The notes beneath the pieces are model-generated. The model saw only the letters and a list, made by a program, of their open reading frames with translations. It was not told where the DNA came from and searched no databases. Of a stretch of 64,000 bases of DNA, positions 43,752-53,280 are shown piece after piece. Made by a program: the position numbers and the translations under genes. Source of the DNA: an archaeon (lineage in GTDB: Archaea; Nanobdellota; Nanobdellia; Pacearchaeales; JAPDKA01). The stretch lies in contig JAPDKA010000003.1 of NCBI GenBank assembly GCA_029258825.1, positions 66,065 to 130,064 of the forward strand, read 5' to 3'. Each line of letters starts with the position of its first letter. Within the stretch, counting starts at the first letter, position 1.

Positions 43752-45977
43752 TTATTCAACAATTGTCTCTGAATTTTCTTTTCTTAACCTTATAATGTTA
43801 TCCACAAAACCTTCTATTTTAGGTTCATGACTAACAATAATCAATTGCTCAGCATTAATTTCTTGAAGCACATCTCTGATTTTATCAAGCTGCTTGTCAG
43901 AAAATCCATCGGTAGGCTCGTCAAGAATAATTAACCCTTTTGTATTTATATTACCCAATAAACAATTGATTGTTTGATTTAAGGCTAGCCTATATGCTAG
44001 TGCCAAAGCTGTACGCTCGCCTCCAGAAAGATACTCATAGCTTGTTTCGTAGCCGTTCTGCTCTATTATCGGGGTAAAATCTATATCAACTTTAACAGAG
44101 ATTGTATCATCATCGATAAGCATGTTAAACCATCGTTGAAAAAATGCATTAAACTCTCTATTTATTGTTACCATAACCTGCTTCTCAATTTCGTCAACTG
44201 CTTTAATAAACTCTGTCGTTAAGAAATCATCAAACAGTTTAAGTTGTCTCATTTTTTCTAACTCTTCTTGTTTTTGTTTTACTTCAAGTTTTACTGCTAG
44301 AAGCTCATCAGAAAGAGATTTGACAATGCCATCAACATTTGCTTTCTGCTTAACAAGATTAAGTTCTCTTGCGTCAATTTCTAGTTTTAGTTGTTTTAGT
44401 TTATTTAGCTCTGATTCAACATTAGCAAGCTGTTGTCTAATTTTTGAATCGTCCTTAAGCTTTAACGACAGTTCATTAATCTCCTTATCCAATTTATTTA
44501 TAGCTTCTCTCTTTTCTTGTTGTTGTTTTATGGCATCGATAACAGCCCTAGCATGTAATGAGGCTTTATCTACTACATGGATTAAGTTGTCGATAGCTTC
44601 GATATAAGTTTTTATGCTGTTCTTGTCATTTTTCAAGCAATCAAGTTTTTGTTGCATAGAAAGTATAAGCTTATTAATAGCTTCAATTTTTTGTTTTTGC
44701 TCATTTTGAATAGATTCTTTATGTTGTTGCGGCACTATTTGTTTACACTTTGGACATTTATTAAGGTTTAAAATATCATTAAGTTCTTTTTCTAGATCTC
44801 GCTTTTTAGTATTTAACGAGTATAATTTTGCTGTTATGGTATTTATATTTTCTTCAAGTTTGTCTCTCACTTCTTTTGCTAATTTTAGATGGTCTCGTAA
44901 TTGATATTCTCTTAATTGATGTGCTATATTTAATTCATGTTCAGCACTAGCATTAAGTTGTTCGAGCAGCGTTAATAACTGCATAATCCTTGGAGTAATA
45001 GAAACAGCAGCATCAGTTAGCTTAATACAGTTTTCATCATTGCTGCATAGATTTAGATGAAATACATCTTTATCAATGCTAGAAGTAATTGAGCATATCT
45101 CTTCTATAGCTCTATTTTTTCTTTCCTCATACAACCTAAGCTCTTGCTGATAATCTTGCTTTAATTTTTGCTTTTCCCTTATTATTTCCGATAATGCTGC
45201 ATAGCTATTAACAAGCTCGTTAAGTTGCTTGTATTGTTTTTCTAATTGCTCTATATTAGCCTGTAATGCTTGTTTTTGTTGTTTAACGCGCTCTATTTCG
45301 CTACTAAGTTGTTCGGCTTGTTGTTTATATTGTGTCATTTGCTGGTCGATCTGCTTTAACCTTTGTAATTTTTCATCGATATCAGCAGTAAAACCTTGTT
45401 TTTCCTTAATAACGTTCTTAAGAAAATCGTGCAATATCTTAGCATTTTCTTTTATGCGATTATATTTTTCTATGTCGAACAGCTTTCTAAGCACTTCTAT
45501 ACGTGTTTCTGCTTTATCTTGGATAATTCTCTTCATCTCTTCTTGAGGTGTATAAACAGTAAACCTGTAAATGAGAGATTTCTTATTGAGATATTGCTTA
45601 GGATAATTCAACAATTCAAATACTCTAGCTTTAAGTTCAGTGGCACTTAAGCTAGCTTTACTGCCATCAATAACAATACTACCAGAATCTTGCGCAACGC
45701 TTGATTTAGTTCGTTTTAATGTTCGCATTATAATTACGTCTTTACCGTTAATATCAAGATGTAATTCGACACTGCCGCTCGATTGTCCATGTCTCAATAG
45801 ACTCGCGCCATCTATTTCACCTTTCTGTAAACCGAATAAAGCAAATTCTATTGCATAAAGAATACTACTTTTGCCAGTTCCTATGTCTCCAGCAAGCAAT
45901 ACCGAACCGGTCGGAAATTCGATTGAAGCGTTTGTATAGCTCCTAATATTGCGCAGTTTTACTTTTTTTATTCTCAT
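43752..45977 (-). CDS. rad50: Rad50/SbcC-family DNA double-strand-break repair ATPase
   Basis: Walker A GDIGTGKSS, a long coiled coil with a central CPKC zinc hook, the signature motif LSGGERTALALA and Walker B LIILDEPTDGFS. At 741 aa it is short for Rad50. Confidence 0.85.
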   Translation of the reverse strand: MRIKKVKLRNIRSYTNASIEFPTGSVLLAGDIGTGKSSILYAIEFALFGLQKGEIDGASLLRHGQSSGSVELHLDINGKDVIIMRTLKRTKSSVAQDSGSIVIDGSKASLSATELKARVFELLNYPKQYLNKKSLIYRFTVYTPQEEMKRIIQDKAETRIEVLRKLFDIEKYNRIKENAKILHDFLKNVIKEKQGFTADIDEKLQRLKQIDQQMTQYKQQAEQLSSEIERVKQQKQALQANIEQLEKQYKQLNELVNSYAALSEIIREKQKLKQDYQQELRLYEERKNRAIEEICSITSSIDKDVFHLNLCSNDENCIKLTDAAVSITPRIMQLLTLLEQLNASAEHELNIAHQLREYQLRDHLKLAKEVRDKLEENINTITAKLYSLNTKKRDLEKELNDILNLNKCPKCKQIVPQQHKESIQNEQKQKIEAINKLILSMQQKLDCLKNDKNSIKTYIEAIDNLIHVVDKASLHARAVIDAIKQQQEKREAINKLDKEINELSLKLKDDSKIRQQLANVESELNKLKQLKLEIDARELNLVKQKANVDGIVKSLSDELLAVKLEVKQKQEELEKMRQLKLFDDFLTTEFIKAVDEIEKQVMVTINREFNAFFQRWFNMLIDDDTISVKVDIDFTPIIEQNGYETSYEYLSGGERTALALAYRLALNQTINCLLGNINTKGLIILDEPTDGFSDKQLDKIRDVLQEINAEQLIIVSHEPKIEGFVDNIIRLRKENSETIVE

Positions 45978-47176
45978 TCTACGAGTTGCTTAAGCAATTT
46001 ATTATCAATTTTTAAACCATTCAAACAAGACTGCAATAAACGTTGATTAAACACAGCAGTAATTTCGCCTTCTTGTTTCTCAATGTTAAGCAAATTAAAA
46101 AGTGTAAAAACATCAAACTGTTTAAGCTTAGCCAATAGTTTATTTTCTATCTCTTCTACATTGCTAGCCTGTATTTCTGTTGCTGTTTCAAATTCCTTAG
46201 TCGTAAGTTTCGAGAAATTACGTAATAAACAAAAAACACGCTTCTCGTTTGCGATTTTTTGCACAGCCTTAAGATCTATTTCAGAAGGTTTGCCAGACTT
46301 TAACACACCACTTGCCTTAAGCAAAACAATTTTATCTTGCACATCTCTACTTTCAAATTGCTTCACAATTTGTTGAGTGATTTCGTATGGTGTTAAATTG
46401 TTTGCATCAATATTAATGCATTCCACATCTTTTACAACAATAGGCAACAACTCAATTTTAGTATTGCTGTTTAACTCTACAATACAACAAGAACCATGTT
46501 TTATTTTTTCTAATTCATCAAAAGAGTTCGGAAATAAACAGCCAGGATAACAACAATTGTTAAATACTTTAGCTATATGAATATGGCCTAAAGCATAATA
46601 ATCTGCTTCAGGCAATGAAGAGAGCTTAACTTTGTTTACAAAGTTTGTTAGACTTTCATCAACGCATTCAGCAACATTTGTGTGCAGAACAAGGATAAGC
46701 TTTTTGTCAGGCCATAACTCTTTAATGGCATTAACTTTGTTGTTAAATTCATCTATGTTTTCAAGCTCCAAATTTCGTTTTTTTCCTTGTAGCCCTACAA
46801 TCACATAAGGCTTATCATTAAACATTGATTCAAGCTTATCATCATCAAGAGTGTCAAATGCTACATTGTAGCATAAACCTGCTGAAGACAGAACATCTAT
46901 GATACTAACACCACTTAAACTTGAATCATGACTACCAGCAATAACATAACAAGGAATCTTTGCTTCATTCAATTGTTTTAATTTTTCTGCAACATGCTTT
47001 ACAACCTTCATGTTGGGAACAGCAACGTCAAATAGGTCGCCTGCTATAATGACAAAATCAACATGCTTACTTAGAGCTATGTCTATGGCTTTATCAAATG
47101 CTTGCAAATTAAGTTGCATTAATCTTTCGTCACGCCAACCGCCAAGATGGCAGTCTGCAATATGTAAAAATTTCAT
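45974..47176 (-). CDS. mre11: Mre11/SbcD-family nuclease
   Basis: Phosphoesterase motifs MKFLHIADCHLGG, ...GDLFD..., ...GNHD-like..., GHIH. It is co-operonic with rad50, overlapping by 4 nt. Confidence 0.85.
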   Translation of the reverse strand: MKFLHIADCHLGGWRDERLMQLNLQAFDKAIDIALSKHVDFVIIAGDLFDVAVPNMKVVKHVAEKLKQLNEAKIPCYVIAGSHDSSLSGVSIIDVLSSAGLCYNVAFDTLDDDKLESMFNDKPYVIVGLQGKKRNLELENIDEFNNKVNAIKELWPDKKLILVLHTNVAECVDESLTNFVNKVKLSSLPEADYYALGHIHIAKVFNNCCYPGCLFPNSFDELEKIKHGSCCIVELNSNTKIELLPIVVKDVECINIDANNLTPYEITQQIVKQFESRDVQDKIVLLKASGVLKSGKPSEIDLKAVQKIANEKRVFCLLRNFSKLTTKEFETATEIQASNVEEIENKLLAKLKQFDVFTLFNLLNIEKQEGEITAVFNQRLLQSCLNGLKIDNKLLKQLVE

Positions 47177-47325
47177 GATAATTCCAAAATTATTGATTTT
47201 TAAATGTTTTATGCAAACAAGATTGTTGTATTAAAATTGATAGATTAGAGTATATGGATAAGTATATGGACAAGCAAAGAAAGCAGTTTGGTTAAGTTTT
47301 TAAAGCATAAATGCTGTAGAAGCGT

Positions 47326-47733
47326 ATGCAATTACCAAGCTATGACGAGATGCTTGAACAGGCTTTTAAAGAAGTAAAACCAGTCGAAGTAGGTGAGCGT
47401 TTTGAAGTGCCAAAAGCAAAAGTGTATAATGAAGGCATAAAAACAATTATAATAAACTTTAGTCAGATATGCTCACTCTTGAACAGAAAGCCTGAACACG
47501 TTGCAAAGTTTTTAATGCGTGAACTAGCTGTTTCTGCCACCATAGACGGGCAAAGGCTTGTACTTAATAGACGTGTTAGAGTTGATAAGATAAATGAAAA
47601 AATAGAAGCATATGTCAAAAAATATGTGCTATGTCCAGAGTGTAAAAAACCTGACACAAAACTAATTAAGCAAGATCGCTTTACATTTATTCAATGTCTT
47701 GCATGTGGTGCAAAGCATGCTGTGGCCGAATAA
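47326..47733 (+). CDS. translation initiation factor 2 subunit beta (aIF2-beta)
   Basis: Conserved core with a C-terminal C4 zinc ribbon (CPECKKPDTKLIKQDRFTFIQCLACG). Confidence 0.8.
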   Translation: MQLPSYDEMLEQAFKEVKPVEVGERFEVPKAKVYNEGIKTIIINFSQICSLLNRKPEHVAKFLMRELAVSATIDGQRLVLNRRVRVDKINEKIEAYVKKYVLCPECKKPDTKLIKQDRFTFIQCLACGAKHAVAE

Positions 47734-47766
47734 ACAAAATAAAAGCTACAAAAAAAGTTAAACAAA

Positions 47767-48072
47767 ATGATAAAAATTAAATTGCATAAATCTATGCATA
47801 ATGTTGTTGTTGCTATAGCTGATGCCGAACTTATTGGAAAAAAGTTTGAAACAGAAAAATTACAGCTTGAAGTTAACAGCATATTTTATGATGGGGAAAC
47901 ATTAACTGAAGCACAAGCAGAAGAAAAAATGAAGCAACTAAAGGAAAGGCCTTGCAGTTTTAACATAGTAGGGGAAAGGGCAGTGCAGCTTGCAATAAAG
48001 TTAAAAATTATTGACGAACAAAACGTGATTAAGATCGGTGGTGTGCCGCACGCTTTATCATTTTCTATATGA
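47767..48072 (+). CDS. small conserved hypothetical protein (about 100 aa), possibly the DUF424-like partner of aIF2-beta
   Basis: ORF immediately after aIF2-beta. The family assignment is from memory of the archaeal neighbourhood and is tentative. Confidence 0.3.
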   Translation: MIKIKLHKSMHNVVVAIADAELIGKKFETEKLQLEVNSIFYDGETLTEAQAEEKMKQLKERPCSFNIVGERAVQLAIKLKIIDEQNVIKIGGVPHALSFSI

Positions 48073-48124
48073 TGCTTTTGCTCGAGAAATTTCGACACAT
48101 TTTTAAATCCTACTTATATTTAGT

Positions 48125-48457
48125 ATGGTTATGGAATACGAAGAAAAATACCAAAATGTGAAAAGTAAAACTGGCGAGGTAATTAGAGTTAGATTGCCGC
48201 AGGGAAGACAAGTTATAGGCATAGTAGAAACAAGACTTGGAGCCAATAAAATGCTTGTAAGATGTTTTGATGGCAACTCTAGAGTATGTCGTGTCCCTGG
48301 TAAATACAACAAAAGATTATGGATAAGACCAAACGACGTTGTGCTAGTTGAACCGTGGGAGTTCCAATCAGATAAAAAAGGGGATATAATTTACAAATAT
48401 AGTCATGCTGCTGTTGAATGGTTAAAACAAAACGGTTATATTAAGGTTGAATTTTAA
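48125..48457 (+). CDS. translation initiation factor 1A (aIF-1A)
   Basis: S1-like OB fold (IGIVETRLGANKMLVRCFDGNSRVCRVPGKYNKRLWIRPNDVVLVEPWEFQ). Confidence 0.85.
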   Translation: MVMEYEEKYQNVKSKTGEVIRVRLPQGRQVIGIVETRLGANKMLVRCFDGNSRVCRVPGKYNKRLWIRPNDVVLVEPWEFQSDKKGDIIYKYSHAAVEWLKQNGYIKVEF

Positions 48458-48462
48458 TTAAC

Positions 48463-49242
48463 ATGAGAAAACCCAAGAGAGAAAAATTTAAGGTGTATAA
48501 AGATGTGTTTGATGCTTCTACCAGCAAAGTTATATTCGATTTAATGGCTAAACATATCATAGAAGGTCTAGAAGCACCGATAAAGATAGGAAAAGAAAGT
48601 AATGTGTTTTCTGCTCTAAAAAAGAAAAAAAAGCGAATCGAGAGGGTCGCTGTAAAGATATACAGAGTAATGACGTGTGATTTTAGAAGGATGAATAAAT
48701 ATCTAACAATAGACCCAAGATTCATTGTTAGAAAAAGTAGAAAAGCAACGGTTAGTGCTTGGGCTAAACGAGAATTCACCAACTTGAACAAAGCGTATAA
48801 GGCAGGCGTCGTATGTCCTAAACCAATCGCAGTAAAAGAAAACGTACTAGTGATGGAGTTTATAGGTAGCAAGTATGGAAAAATGCCGACTCCGGCGCCT
48901 TTACTCAAAGATGTATTGCCTAACAACATGAAACAATTCTTTTTACTGCTAGCAGAACAAACAGCAATACTATTTCAAAAAGCAAAACTTGTTCATGGTG
49001 ATTTATCAGAATTTAACATCATGAACTATAAAGAAAAACCTATCATTATAGATTTATCTCACGCACTGCCTGTAAGTTTTGCGACACTGCATTACAGAGA
49101 ATTTTTACAGAGGGACATAAACAACTTAGCCAGGTTTTTCACCAAGCATGGATTAAACATAAACAAGCAAGCACTGTATAATTACATTGTTGGAAAAATA
49201 ACAAAACAAGAGTTTAGTAGCAAGGTTTTTAATGATAAATAG
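48463..49242 (+). CDS. RIO-type serine/threonine protein kinase (RIO1)
   Basis: Kinase catalytic motif LVHGDLSEFNIM and a RIO-specific flexible loop. The aIF1A-RIO1-KH neighbourhood is conserved in archaea. Confidence 0.8.
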   Translation: MRKPKREKFKVYKDVFDASTSKVIFDLMAKHIIEGLEAPIKIGKESNVFSALKKKKKRIERVAVKIYRVMTCDFRRMNKYLTIDPRFIVRKSRKATVSAWAKREFTNLNKAYKAGVVCPKPIAVKENVLVMEFIGSKYGKMPTPAPLLKDVLPNNMKQFFLLLAEQTAILFQKAKLVHGDLSEFNIMNYKEKPIIIDLSHALPVSFATLHYREFLQRDINNLARFFTKHGLNINKQALYNYIVGKITKQEFSSKVFNDK

Positions 49243-49281
49243 CAATAGCAATAAAACTAAAAAACAAAACACAAAAACAAC

Positions 49282-49839
49282 TTGACAAAAATGCAACTTG
49301 AGATTCCTGCTACAACCGAAGAAATTGCAAACATTGTAGGCAGGAAAGGAAGGAAAAAAAGAAAAATTGAAAGACTGTTAAAAGTAAAACTAAAAGTAGA
49401 ACCAAACAAGATTATTGTTATAACAAAAGAAGCGCCCCTTCAAGAATATTTGCTAAGACAAGTATTTGATGCTTTGTTGCTTGGTTTTGAACCAGAAACA
49501 GCTAGGTTATTGCTTGATCCAGAATATATCTTTAGAAAAATTTACATAAAGAATGTTGTCCGTCGTTCGAGATTGCATGATACTTTGGCTAGGCTGATAG
49601 GTAGACAAGGAAAAACCATAAGAAAAATTGAGGAAACTGCAGAGTGCTTTATGCGTATTAAGGGTTATGAAGTTGGTCTTATAGGAAAAGCAGAAAATGT
49701 ACAACTTGCAATAAATGCACTCAATGCTTTGTTTAGAGGTAAACCTCTTGCCAGCATTTACAGAATGCTCGAACACGGAAGAACAAGACTAAAGCACATG
49801 AAAGAACTTACAGCTGAACAACTTGCTGAACTTGAGTAA
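49282..49839 (+). CDS. KH-domain RNA-binding protein (archaeal Dim2/Pno1-like)
   Basis: Two KH-like segments (IVGRKGRKKRKIE...; LIGRQGKTIRKIEE). It lies downstream of RIO1. Confidence 0.6.
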   Translation: MTKMQLEIPATTEEIANIVGRKGRKKRKIERLLKVKLKVEPNKIIVITKEAPLQEYLLRQVFDALLLGFEPETARLLLDPEYIFRKIYIKNVVRRSRLHDTLARLIGRQGKTIRKIEETAECFMRIKGYEVGLIGKAENVQLAINALNALFRGKPLASIYRMLEHGRTRLKHMKELTAEQLAELE

Positions 49840-49888
49840 AGCTGACTATTGGAAAGTTTTTTAAATTTGTTTCTGTTTGTGCAATTGT

Positions 49889-49962
49889 GCCCCGGTAGCT
49901 CAGTTGGTTAGAGCACACGGCTGTTAACCGTGGGGTCGGAGGTTCGAGTCCTCCCCGGGGCG
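49889..49962 (+). tRNA. tRNA-Asn (anticodon GUU)
   Basis: Acceptor stem GCCCCGG/CCGGGGC; D-loop AGTTGGTTAGAG; anticodon loop CTGTTAA; T-loop TTCGAGT. CCA is not encoded. Confidence 0.85.
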
Positions 49963-50036
49963 TTTTGATTAATGATCACCAAACCAATTCTAAAGAGTTC
50001 ATTCAAAGCATTATTCAGAAAAAACATTAAACATAG

Positions 50037-51596
50037 CTAAATAGTTGCGCTAAGTCCTTCAAACATTATTCGCTTTACTAATTCTTTCGGATTCTGCATT
50101 AAGAAAATTTTGCTGTCAAATGCGCGTTTAAGCAATTGCTCATAATAGTGCTGTATATGCTTGTTAGACTCAAACATAAAAGGAAAACCAAAATGGACGT
50201 CAACACCAAGTGCAGCAAAGAAATGACCGATGGCAATACTTTTTTCAGTTATCGGCATTGGTGCAGAAACAAGAAATGGCATATCTGTAATTTTGCGACG
50301 CGCTTTAGCAGCAATACGCTTGAATATTTCTGCTATTCTTGCATTGTTAACACAACTACCAAGATGAAAGAAACGTTTACCATCAAGCAATCCTGCTTTA
50401 CCAAACTCGAAAGCCATACAACCAGTAGTTAATATAATATATCGTTTACTCAATGTTTTATATGCATTAATCCATTGTTTACGTGTTGCTTCATCAATGC
50501 GAGGGTTAACACAACCTATAACTGCAATAATGCCATCAATATCTTTACATAGTATGCGTTCTGTCAATTGCTTAACGCCAATGTTATACTCGCTAAATCC
50601 GACTACAGCATTTACTGGCTTTGATTTGTTTATGTTAACGCTTGTATTCAAAATTCTATTTGCATGATTTTTTCTTGCTATCTCAACAATTTGCTTAGCT
50701 ATTTTTATTGCATCAGCTTTATTATGCACTGGCAAGTGAATTGCATTAGGCATTCTGCAAAGTTTATTTGTGGTTATTATACGTGTATGATAGCATTCTG
50801 CCAGATCAGCAAGAGAAGGCATAATACATTGAACATCAACAACGAATGCATCAATTAAACCTGTAGCAATGACTGCTTCTTGCATCAATACATGTCCTGC
50901 CATTGGTATGCCATGCCTAGCCAATATACTTGCTCCACTACAGCAAACACCAACGAGATTAATGTCATTCTTCATGCATATTTTTGCGAGAGCTTCTGCA
51001 AGCATAGGTTCATGACCATGAACAGCTATGTTAATCTTATCTGGTTTTATTACACCAAGATTTAGCTTGGCTTGCTGAATTTTAGGCTTTCCGTAGCATA
51101 AATCTTCTAATTCTGTAGCGAGATACATACCATAGTAACCGTCAACTATACCAAGCTCAACAGCCCTGTTAAGCAAAATTTTATAGTCAGCATTAACACC
51201 CATAGTTGTTTCATGCAATGCTTCACTAATATGCTTGAAATGTTCAAACTTTATTTTTGGCAATATCTGCAATTTATCCCATAATTTATACAAGTATGCA
51301 GGGGCTTTTTTCTTTATGTAATTTGTTGGAAATTGCTTATGCAAGAATTTTAAAAAGTGATATGCATGTCCGCAATGTGCCGCTGCTCCTCCAGCGACAA
51401 ATCTTACTATGTTTTTTGCTATAACCAATTCCTGCGTAGCACCGCATGCACTTCTTGAATTGTCTACAACCATGCAAGGCCCCATTAAGCATGCCCTACA
51501 ACATATACCAGAAAGGCCTAATTTGCATTGTGGCCTCTTAAGTCTTGCGTCAAGCAATTCAATGCCATTGCTTTTATTTTTTTGTTGTTTTGGCAT
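50037..51596 (-). CDS. CooS-like prismane-family protein (Ni-CODH catalytic-subunit-like; short form)
   Basis: N-terminal CKLGLSGICCRACLMGPCM matches the B/D-cluster Cys pattern of CooS. VHGHEP, VGVCCSGASILARHG and HLGSCVNNARI match CODH C-cluster regions. At about 520 aa it is shorter than a canonical CooS. Confidence 0.6.
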   Translation of the reverse strand: MPKQQKNKSNGIELLDARLKRPQCKLGLSGICCRACLMGPCMVVDNSRSACGATQELVIAKNIVRFVAGGAAAHCGHAYHFLKFLHKQFPTNYIKKKAPAYLYKLWDKLQILPKIKFEHFKHISEALHETTMGVNADYKILLNRAVELGIVDGYYGMYLATELEDLCYGKPKIQQAKLNLGVIKPDKINIAVHGHEPMLAEALAKICMKNDINLVGVCCSGASILARHGIPMAGHVLMQEAVIATGLIDAFVVDVQCIMPSLADLAECYHTRIITTNKLCRMPNAIHLPVHNKADAIKIAKQIVEIARKNHANRILNTSVNINKSKPVNAVVGFSEYNIGVKQLTERILCKDIDGIIAVIGCVNPRIDEATRKQWINAYKTLSKRYIILTTGCMAFEFGKAGLLDGKRFFHLGSCVNNARIAEIFKRIAAKARRKITDMPFLVSAPMPITEKSIAIGHFFAALGVDVHFGFPFMFESNKHIQHYYEQLLKRAFDSKIFLMQNPKELVKRIMFEGLSATI

Positions 51597-51873
51597 TTGT
51601 AGTTTTGGATTTATTAAGCAAATTGTAAATATCATGTGCTAATTCATCTGCATCAATTCCATGAGCAACAGCTGCCTGTTCTAAAGTTTCGTTCATTGCA
51701 AGAGGACATGCGATACATAACATACCTTTGCTAAATAAATACTGCGCTATACTTTCATGCTTAACTAGCTCATAAATTTTCATATGCTTTATCATGTTAA
51801 TATCATGCTTGATTATTTTGTTTTTACTAGCTAGCTTTTTTGTTTTATTTTTGCTCGGAGTTTTGCTTTTCAT
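51574..51873 (-). CDS. DUF1858 (hybrid-cluster/prismane-associated redox-disulfide domain) protein
   Basis: MLCIACPLAMNETLEQAAVAHGIDADELAHDIYNLL matches the DUF1858 pattern. The N-terminal Lys-rich portion may not be translated. Confidence 0.55.
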   Translation of the reverse strand: MKSKTPSKNKTKKLASKNKIIKHDINMIKHMKIYELVKHESIAQYLFSKGMLCIACPLAMNETLEQAAVAHGIDADELAHDIYNLLNKSKTTNAKTTKK

Positions 51874-52075
51874 TTTCCTGCTTTAGCTGTTTAACAAAAT
51901 TTTCAAAACTTCTATCGTAACTTGCCTCAAATTTAGTGTTGAAAAAACATGCTGGCAATTCATTTCTGCTTAGATGATAGGCAAGACATTCACAGCATAT
52001 ACCTTTACGTGGACAAGAAGGCCATGTACAATTACACCTCTGCAAGTTTTGCTTGTAATTCTTGCATTTCTGCAT
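51845..52075 (-). CDS. small Cys-rich hypothetical protein (76 aa)
   Basis: CNCTWPSCPRKGICCECLAYH ... C cluster suggests a metal- or Fe-S-binding protein. It may be co-transcribed with the CooS-like gene. Confidence 0.4.
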   Translation of the reverse strand: MQKCKNYKQNLQRCNCTWPSCPRKGICCECLAYHLSRNELPACFFNTKFEASYDRSFENFVKQLKQENEKQNSEQK

Positions 52076-52100
52076 GTTAGTTAAGCCAAAACAATCAATT

Positions 52101-53267
52101 TTAAATATTTTTTGTTAAAAGTAAAGCAAGAAAAAACAAAAAGGCAGAAACGAATAGCACATAATGAAGAGGAATCACAAAAGCAAGAATAAGCACAAAC
52201 AACCTTCCAACAGTTAAAAATAACTCTCTAAACACCATTATGCTTGCGTTATGTTTTGCTATTCTACAGCTTAAAGCAAAAATAGGAATGTCAAAAGGAT
52301 AAGCAACGAGTCCGAGCAGTATCGAAAACAAAAATACAAAAAATGCGTTAAAGTGGAAGTATTCATAAAGCAAAAACAATAAGATAAGCAATGCAGCATT
52401 AGAAATACAACCAAAAACAAAAACATTTCTGTTGCCATGTTTATCTATCAACCAACCGATAAACAAACTAACAAGAGCAGATGCAAGATAAACGACGCTC
52501 ATTGCGCTTCCTATGCTAAAATAGGTGTGAAGTATCGTATAAATGAATATTAACCAAATCCATCCAGATGAGTAAAATGCGCCTTGTACAATGTAAAGCA
52601 ATCCAAGATTCAAATTTTTTTTAATTATGTATTTATTAATGTAAAACGCGCTACCTTTAATCACATCCTGTCTGCTAAAGAAAAACGGCACTATAGAAAA
52701 AACTATTAGGATGCATGACAAGAGGAAAAGCATCCTAGCATTTAACGTAGCAATTATGCCACCAAAAAAAGGAGCGATAGCTGCTGTAAAACTTGGCAAT
52801 GCTGCAAGAATGCCGATCTTTACACCTAAGTTATGACCAGCATGCCTCGCAAATAGGATGTTTATGCTAACCCAATATAACGCATTGTATATACCTGCAG
52901 TTAAGCCTGTAAAAAACACAAATAAGTGTTTCTGTAACTGGGTAAATGCATAAAAGTGAAAAGGAAATATAAAAAACAACAGATGTAATATAAGGAAAGG
53001 TGTGCTAAGCATAATGCATTTCTTTATACCAATTTTTTCTTGTAATATGCCAACATAAAATGAAGCAATGCCAAACACTAAATACATGTAAAAAATATAT
53101 GCTATTGCAAGATTAAGCGAGAAATTGTTCTTAAGCAAGAATATTGGAACAAAAATAGAAAATAGTGCTAAAGCAAATGTTTGGATAGCCCTGTTTAAGT
53201 AAATTTCATCTGTTTCATCTTTTAACTTCCTTAATGCAATTCGTATCAGCGATGCCATAACAAACAT
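52101..53267 (-). CDS. MFS-type transporter
   Basis: 388 aa with about 12 TM helices and a two-fold repeat architecture. Confidence 0.6.
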   Translation of the reverse strand: MFVMASLIRIALRKLKDETDEIYLNRAIQTFALALFSIFVPIFLLKNNFSLNLAIAYIFYMYLVFGIASFYVGILQEKIGIKKCIMLSTPFLILHLLFFIFPFHFYAFTQLQKHLFVFFTGLTAGIYNALYWVSINILFARHAGHNLGVKIGILAALPSFTAAIAPFFGGIIATLNARMLFLLSCILIVFSIVPFFFSRQDVIKGSAFYINKYIIKKNLNLGLLYIVQGAFYSSGWIWLIFIYTILHTYFSIGSAMSVVYLASALVSLFIGWLIDKHGNRNVFVFGCISNAALLILLFLLYEYFHFNAFFVFLFSILLGLVAYPFDIPIFALSCRIAKHNASIMVFRELFLTVGRLFVLILAFVIPLHYVLFVSAFLFFLALLLTKNI

Positions 53268-53280
53268 AAATTTTTATTTT

